A stretch of 64,000 bases of DNA from an uncultured cyanobacterium (lineage in GTDB: Bacteria > Cyanobacteriota > Cyanobacteriia > Cyanobacteriales > CAWCAG01): contig CAWDOD010000011.1 in assembly GCA_963803805.1 (NCBI GenBank), forward strand, positions 727,525 through 791,524, in the 5' to 3' direction. Under the pieces are notes generated by a model. The model saw nothing but the letters and a program-made list of their open reading frames with translations, did no database searches and was not told where the DNA came from. Of the stretch, positions 58,883-64,000 are shown one piece after another (position 1 is the first letter of the stretch; every line of letters begins with the position of its first letter). Made by a program: the position numbers and the translations under genes.

Positions 58883-60673
58883 TTAAAGAATTGGTGTCAT
58901 ACCAGGATTAGGTTGATTTGATGCTGTTGCCCCAGAATAAATTACTCCTTGTTGGGCATCTAAAGTTAGAATTGCCCCTTCCCTAATCACATCTGTCGCC
59001 TTCTTCACCCCAACAATTACCGGAACCCCTAACCGCAAACCAATAATCGCCGCATGGCTAGTTAGGCTTTCTTCTTCGGTGATAATACCCCCTGCCTTAC
59101 GAATCACCTCAATAAACTCGGCATTAGTAGAAGGGGCTACTAAAATTTCTCCATTATTAAAGTTAGCAATTTCTTCCGGATAACGGATTACCCTTGCCAA
59201 ACCACTCACAGAACCTTCCCCAATACCAATACCTTGCCCTAATACAGAAGTGACAACTTCGACTTTAATTAAGTCAGTGGAACCAGAAACCCCTTGAAGA
59301 GTTCCTGCTGTCATCACTACCAAATCCCTTTCTGAGAGCAGATTAAGCTCCTGTGCCACGTTAATCGCTGCTTGGAAGGTTTGCCCCGCCGAAGGAAGAT
59401 CGAGAACTAACAGAGGCTTTACACCCCAAACTAACTGCAATTGTCGGGCTACATGGACGTGGGGTGTAACCGCTAAAATACGAGTTTGGGGTCGGAATTT
59501 AGAAACATTCCGGGCAGTAGCCCCACTTTTAGTTAAAGTCATAATAGCTGCTGCATCCAACTCCGCCGCTATTTGACTCACTGCTTGGGAAATGGCATGG
59601 GTAATGGAACGTCTGCGGGGGGTGTCTCTTTTGGGGGGTATTTGTTCCTGTTCAATGCGGGCAGCAATTTTGGCCATTGTACCCACAGCTTCTACGGGAT
59701 ACTTACCCACCGCAGTTTCGTTAGAAAGCATTACCGCATCTGTACCATCGAGAATAGCATTGGCAACATCAGAAACTTCTGCGCGGGTAGGACGGGGATT
59801 ATTTAACATACTGTCGAGCATTTGTGTTGCGGTAATGACAGGAATACCCAACTCATTGGCGGTGCGAATCAGACGCTTTTGTAAAATAGGAACGTCTTCC
59901 GCTGGTAACTCTACCCCCAAGTCTCCCCTAGCTACCATTACCCCATCAGACAAAGAAAGGATAGCTTCCATTTGCTCAATGGCTTCATGTTTTTCAATTT
60001 TGACAATTACCGGAACAGATTTACCGGCACTAGCGATTAATTCCTTAATTTCTAAAACATCTTGGGGATTGCAAACAAAACTCAAAGCAATCCAATCAAC
60101 CCCTTGATCTAAACCAAAAGTTAAATCAGTACGATCTTTTTCCGTTAAAGCACGGACAGAAAGATAAACTCCGGGGAAGTTAACCCCTTTGTTGTCAGAA
60201 AGAACTCCTTCAACAACAACACGACAATGTAATTCCTTACGACTAATATCAACTTTTTCCACCAGCATTTCTACCTTGCCGTCGTCAAGGAGAATTTTTG
60301 CCCCTTCCGGAACTTCTTCTGCTATGGGTTCGTAGCTAACAAAGCCAATTTCTTTGGTACAGGGAACTTGGCGACTGGTGATGATATAGGGATCACCTTT
60401 TTTTAATTGAATTGGGCCATCTTCAAACTTACCTAAGCGAATTTTCGGTCCTTGTAAATCCTGAAGAATACCCACAGGAGTATTCAATTCAAAAGCAGTC
60501 TGGCGAATTAAGCGTATACTACGCTGGTGATCTTCGTGAGTCCCGTGGGAAAAGTTGAGCCGCAAAGTAGTTGCCCCGGCTTCAATAAGCCTACGAAGCA
60601 CTTCTGGCTTAGCTGTAGCAGGGCCAATGGTGGCAACTATCTTTGTCCGATGCAGCAAGTTTTGCGGTGGCAT
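58883..60673 (-). CDS. pyk: Pyruvate kinase with C-terminal PEP-utilising domain
   Basis: TKIVATIGPA, DLQGPKIR, MVARGDLG, TATQMLDSM, TSHAAI. Confidence 0.97.
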   Translation of the reverse strand: MPPQNLLHRTKIVATIGPATAKPEVLRRLIEAGATTLRLNFSHGTHEDHQRSIRLIRQTAFELNTPVGILQDLQGPKIRLGKFEDGPIQLKKGDPYIITSRQVPCTKEIGFVSYEPIAEEVPEGAKILLDDGKVEMLVEKVDISRKELHCRVVVEGVLSDNKGVNFPGVYLSVRALTEKDRTDLTFGLDQGVDWIALSFVCNPQDVLEIKELIASAGKSVPVIVKIEKHEAIEQMEAILSLSDGVMVARGDLGVELPAEDVPILQKRLIRTANELGIPVITATQMLDSMLNNPRPTRAEVSDVANAILDGTDAVMLSNETAVGKYPVEAVGTMAKIAARIEQEQIPPKRDTPRRRSITHAISQAVSQIAAELDAAAIMTLTKSGATARNVSKFRPQTRILAVTPHVHVARQLQLVWGVKPLLVLDLPSAGQTFQAAINVAQELNLLSERDLVVMTAGTLQGVSGSTDLIKVEVVTSVLGQGIGIGEGSVSGLARVIRYPEEIANFNNGEILVAPSTNAEFIEVIRKAGGIITEEESLTSHAAIIGLRLGVPVIVGVKKATDVIREGAILTLDAQQGVIYSGATASNQPNPGMTPIL

Positions 60674-60924
60674 ATTTAATAGCAGAAGGCTGGGGTATGA
60701 AAGCTGAAGGATAACAAACTTAGAGGAAAATCACCAAAGGTATTTTTCCCATACAATTGGCTATCCTCTCATAGATAAGGATTTATCGCCATAGTTAATG
60801 GGCAAGGCGTGATAAGTTTAGCTGTTATTCTATGGGTGAACTGTCTTTAGTTTTCTGGCTATAACTCTAACCTGTAGTTAAGAAGGTGAGTGTTTGTTAT
60901 AGCAAAACAACCAGCAAGCAACTT

Positions 60925-62802
60925 TTATTCAGGAGGCTCAAAGCGACAAAGAGAGAGCGGTGTAACGTGACAAGCTTCTTGATTGGTAAGCTCTGGATCT
61001 CTCCACAGGTAAAGCCGATTAAGATTAGCCAGAGAAGACAAAGGAGTTATATCTTCTATCTCATTTCCCCGCAAGAAAAGCCAAGTTAAATTAGTTAGAG
61101 AAGAAAGAGAGGTTATGTCTTTTATTTCATTTTCCTCTAGGTTAAGCCAAGTTAAATCAGTTAGAGAAGACAAAGGGGTTATATCATCTATTTTGTTTCC
61201 CCGCAGTCCAAGCCAAGGCAAATTGGTCAGAGAAGACAAAGGGGTTATGTCCTTTATTTCATTGAACCCCAGGTCAAGCCCATTCAAATTAGTCAGAGCA
61301 GCAATAGGAGTTATATCTTCTATTTGATTTCCTTCCAGGTTAAGAGAAGTTAAATTAGTTAGAGCAGCAATAGGAGTTATATCCTTTATTTCATTCAACC
61401 CCAGGTTAAGAGAAGTTAAATTAGTCATAGAAGTAATAGGAGTTATATCTTCTATCTCATTTTCATCTAGGTCAAGCTGAGTCAAATTAGTCAGAGAAGA
61501 TAAAGGGGTTATATCTTCTATTCCGTTTCCCTCCAGGTTAAGCGAAGTTAAATTAGTTAGAGACGCAATAGGAGTTATATCCTCTACTTCATTTATTCCA
61601 TTTCCCTCCAAGTCAAGCCAAGTCAAATTAGCTAGAGAAGCAACAGGAGTGATATCTTCTATTTCATTCAACCCCAGGTCAAGCCAAGTCAAATTAGCTA
61701 GAGAAGCAACAGGAGTGATATCTTCTATCTCATTTTCATCTAGGTTAAGCTCAGTCAAATTAGCTAGAGAAGCAACAGGAGTGATATCTTCTATCTCATT
61801 TTCATCTAGGTTAAGCTCAGTCAAATTAGTTAGAGTTCCAATAGGAGCGATATCTTCTATCTCATTTTCATCTAGGTTAAGCTCAGTCAAATTAGTCAGA
61901 GAAGCAACAGGAGTGATATCTTCTATTCCGTTTCCCTCCAAGTAAAGCTTAGTCAGATTAGTTAGAGCAGCAACAGGAGTGATATCTTTTATTTCATTTT
62001 CCCCCAGCTCAAGCACAGTCAAATTAGTTAGAGTTCCAATAGGAGTGATATCTTCTATTTCATTTTCCTCTAGGTCAAGCTCAGTCAAATTAGTCAGAGA
62101 AGACAAAAGGGTTATATCCTTTATTTGATTTTCTCGCAGGTAGAGCCAAGTCAAATTAGTCAAAGAAGACAAAGGGGTTATATCCTTTATTTCATTGAAC
62201 CCCAGTTCAAGCCAAGTCAAATTAGTTAGAGAAGTAACAGGGGTTATGTCCTCTATTTCATTCAACCCTAGTCCAAGCTCAGTTAAATTAGTGAGTGAAG
62301 CAACAGGGCTTATATCCTCTATTTGATTTCCCTGTAGGCCGAGCCTAGTTAAATTAGTTAGAGTTGCAACAGGAGTTATGTCCTTTATTTCATTTGACCA
62401 CAGGTCAAGCTCAGTTAAATTAGTTAGAGTTGCAACAGGAGTTATGTCCTCTATTTCATTTACCCATAGGTAAAGCCCAGTCAAATTAGTGAGTGAAGAC
62501 AAAGGGGCTATATCCTTTAATTGATTTCTCCCCAGGCCAAGCTTAGTAAGACTTGTTAACTCTCTCTGGGCAAGCTGACAATCTTCAGTTTCAACTTTCT
62601 TCAACAACACCTCAACGGTATGTCGTGCCGCCTCAGTTAAATCCTCTCGATTTTCGCACCATTCGGCAAAGCTCTCAAACTGCTGTACTTCGGCCCCTGC
62701 TTGATGCCAACTACCACCGACACCTAAAGCAATAATTGCATAGATAAAGCTCGTTGTAGACATCCCTACTCCCCAGCACCGACTTTGTTTGTTACTTCTC
62801 AT
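60925..62802 (-). CDS. Secreted internalin-like leucine-rich repeat protein (about 24 x 22-aa repeats)
   Basis: Signal-like N-terminus, FAEWC...C N-cap, LTNLTxLxLxxNEIEDITP repeats, C-cap with two Cys. Confidence 0.92.
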   Translation of the reverse strand: MRSNKQSRCWGVGMSTTSFIYAIIALGVGGSWHQAGAEVQQFESFAEWCENREDLTEAARHTVEVLLKKVETEDCQLAQRELTSLTKLGLGRNQLKDIAPLSSLTNLTGLYLWVNEIEDITPVATLTNLTELDLWSNEIKDITPVATLTNLTRLGLQGNQIEDISPVASLTNLTELGLGLNEIEDITPVTSLTNLTWLELGFNEIKDITPLSSLTNLTWLYLRENQIKDITLLSSLTNLTELDLEENEIEDITPIGTLTNLTVLELGENEIKDITPVAALTNLTKLYLEGNGIEDITPVASLTNLTELNLDENEIEDIAPIGTLTNLTELNLDENEIEDITPVASLANLTELNLDENEIEDITPVASLANLTWLDLGLNEIEDITPVASLANLTWLDLEGNGINEVEDITPIASLTNLTSLNLEGNGIEDITPLSSLTNLTQLDLDENEIEDITPITSMTNLTSLNLGLNEIKDITPIAALTNLTSLNLEGNQIEDITPIAALTNLNGLDLGFNEIKDITPLSSLTNLPWLGLRGNKIDDITPLSSLTDLTWLNLEENEIKDITSLSSLTNLTWLFLRGNEIEDITPLSSLANLNRLYLWRDPELTNQEACHVTPLSLCRFEPPE

Positions 62803-63182
62803 CTGCCAACTCCTTAACTCAAGGACATTTTATTACATGGCAAGAAGCGATCGCGCTCCGCGTACCACTCCTTGGCGATACCTACGGTGGGCTTCTCCTT
62901 CCACCAGACGCTACGCGAATGCCTACGTATTCTCAATTCTATCAATCGTGAAAAGCTGAACTATAACTTTTCTTCGCCACTAGATGGCCTAACACAGACA
63001 AAACCATCTCAAATAGCTCATTAGGGTTATTTGTGCATCCAATAGCACCATGTTGGCGTGCTTCTGCAATGTGTCGTGGCTCTTTTGAGCTAGCGTAAAC
63101 GATAAAGCCCAAAGTTCATCAATGCTAGTGTGAAGATAAAGGGGTTATTTCTTCTATAAACAGAAAACAGAGAGTTTTGGGG

Positions 63183-63398
63183 TTAGTTTTCTTCTAAACA
63201 ACGCAAACAAACACGAAACAAAGCTATAACTGTAAGAATTTCTACAGTTAATTGAAACGGTAAAGGAGTTGCAATTAAACCACAAACCAAAAGTACTGCT
63301 CCCACGGCTGCTGCGGTGAGACGATAAACTTCTTCGCGGGTTTTCAATCCTAACCAAATAAATCCTAAACCGACTATCAAGAAAATTATGTAAGTCAT
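63183..63398 (-). CDS. Small hydrophobic membrane protein
   Basis: 71 aa with 2-3 hydrophobic segments. Confidence 0.6.
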   Translation of the reverse strand: MTYIIFLIVGLGFIWLGLKTREEVYRLTAAAVGAVLLVCGLIATPLPFQLTVEILTVIALFRVCLRCLEEN

Positions 63399-63440
63399 AG
63401 ATTTAAACTTTACTTATTTACAGCTATTACATCTAAAATA

Positions 63441-64000
63441 ATGCCAGATTATAAACAACAAGTAATTGATTTTTTTAATAAAAGGACTGCTTATGATGCA
63501 GAAAGCGAGAAGCATCCTAGAGAAGCAAAACGCTTGTTAGAATTAGTTCCTATCATCTCTGGACAAACAATTCTTGATATTGCTACTGGTACAGGTTTGG
63601 TTGCTATTGGTGCAGCCCAAAAAGTAACTCGGAAAGGCTCGGTAGTTGGTGTTGATATGTCACCAGGAATGTTGCATCAAGCCCAAAATAAAATCATAAC
63701 AGAGGGATTAGATAACATTGAATTGATTGCTGGGGATATAGAATTAATCAATTTTAATGCAGAACAATTTGATATTATATTTTGTTGCTCTGCTATTACT
63801 TATATTACTAATATTCCTACAATCCTTAAGCGCTGCCATACCTGGTTAAAAACTGGAGGATATTTTGCTTTCACCTGTCCTTATAAAACCGCTTATATGG
63901 CACAGATAAAAGTTAAAATATGTCAGGATTTATGGGGAATTGATTTACCTCATATCAATCAACCTCTATGGACTCCTGAACAATGTCGTCTTCTTTTAAA
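63441..64000 (+). CDS. Class I SAM-dependent methyltransferase (UbiE-like), runs off the window end
   Basis: Manual translation MPDYKQQ...ILDIATGTG...VGVDMSPGML...GDIE...FDII...LKTGG. Confidence 0.88.
   Translation, partial: MPDYKQQVIDFFNKRTAYDAESEKHPREAKRLLELVPIISGQTILDIATGTGLVAIGAAQKVTRKGSVVGVDMSPGMLHQAQNKIITEGLDNIELIAGDIELINFNAEQFDIIFCCSAITYITNIPTILKRCHTWLKTGGYFAFTCPYKTAYMAQIKVKICQDLWGIDLPHINQPLWTPEQCRLLL

Noticed and set aside
61000-62560. 66-bp periodic repeats as a CRISPR array or DGR target
   Set aside because: They are in-frame LRR coding units without unique spacers, and there are no cas or reverse transcriptase genes in the window
62840-62930. GC-rich intergenic stretch beginning at a HIP1 site as an ncRNA
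   Set aside because: Looks like concatenated small dispersed repeats; no supportable RNA family or second copy in the window

Overview
AT-rich cyanobacterial chromosomal segment, judged from abundant HIP1 octamers GCGATCGC, heptameric tandem repeats and typical cyanobacterial gene families. Housekeeping genes (TIGR03960 radical SAM, rpmF, rpmI-rplT, pyk, cobI, PfkB kinase) are interleaved with accessory loci. These include two-partner-secretion (TPS) genes, two Ser/Thr kinase-AAA-GAF-His kinase hybrids, a receiver-PAS-adenylate cyclase, a pseudo-orthocaspase, an AvaIII/YhdJ-like restriction-modification pair, several nuclease or toxin-like modules and a secreted 24-repeat LRR protein. The most unusual feature is a 1630-aa ORF in which a complete GT2 glycosyltransferase is fused in front of an internal signal peptide and a TpsA (haemagglutinin-N/beta-helix/CHAT) exoprotein. 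A near-identical 118-bp inverted repeat pair brackets this gene and its neighbour. Other notable features: a second TpsA broken exactly at overlapping canonical -1 slippery heptamers, an RND efflux operon deleted precisely at a HIP1 site, a frameshifted methylase beside an open restriction endonuclease gene, a rearranged TcmP/radical-SAM module and nested REP/MITE elements. I saw no rRNA, tRNA, CRISPR array or intact transposase. All family calls come from motif recognition by eye, not database searches.
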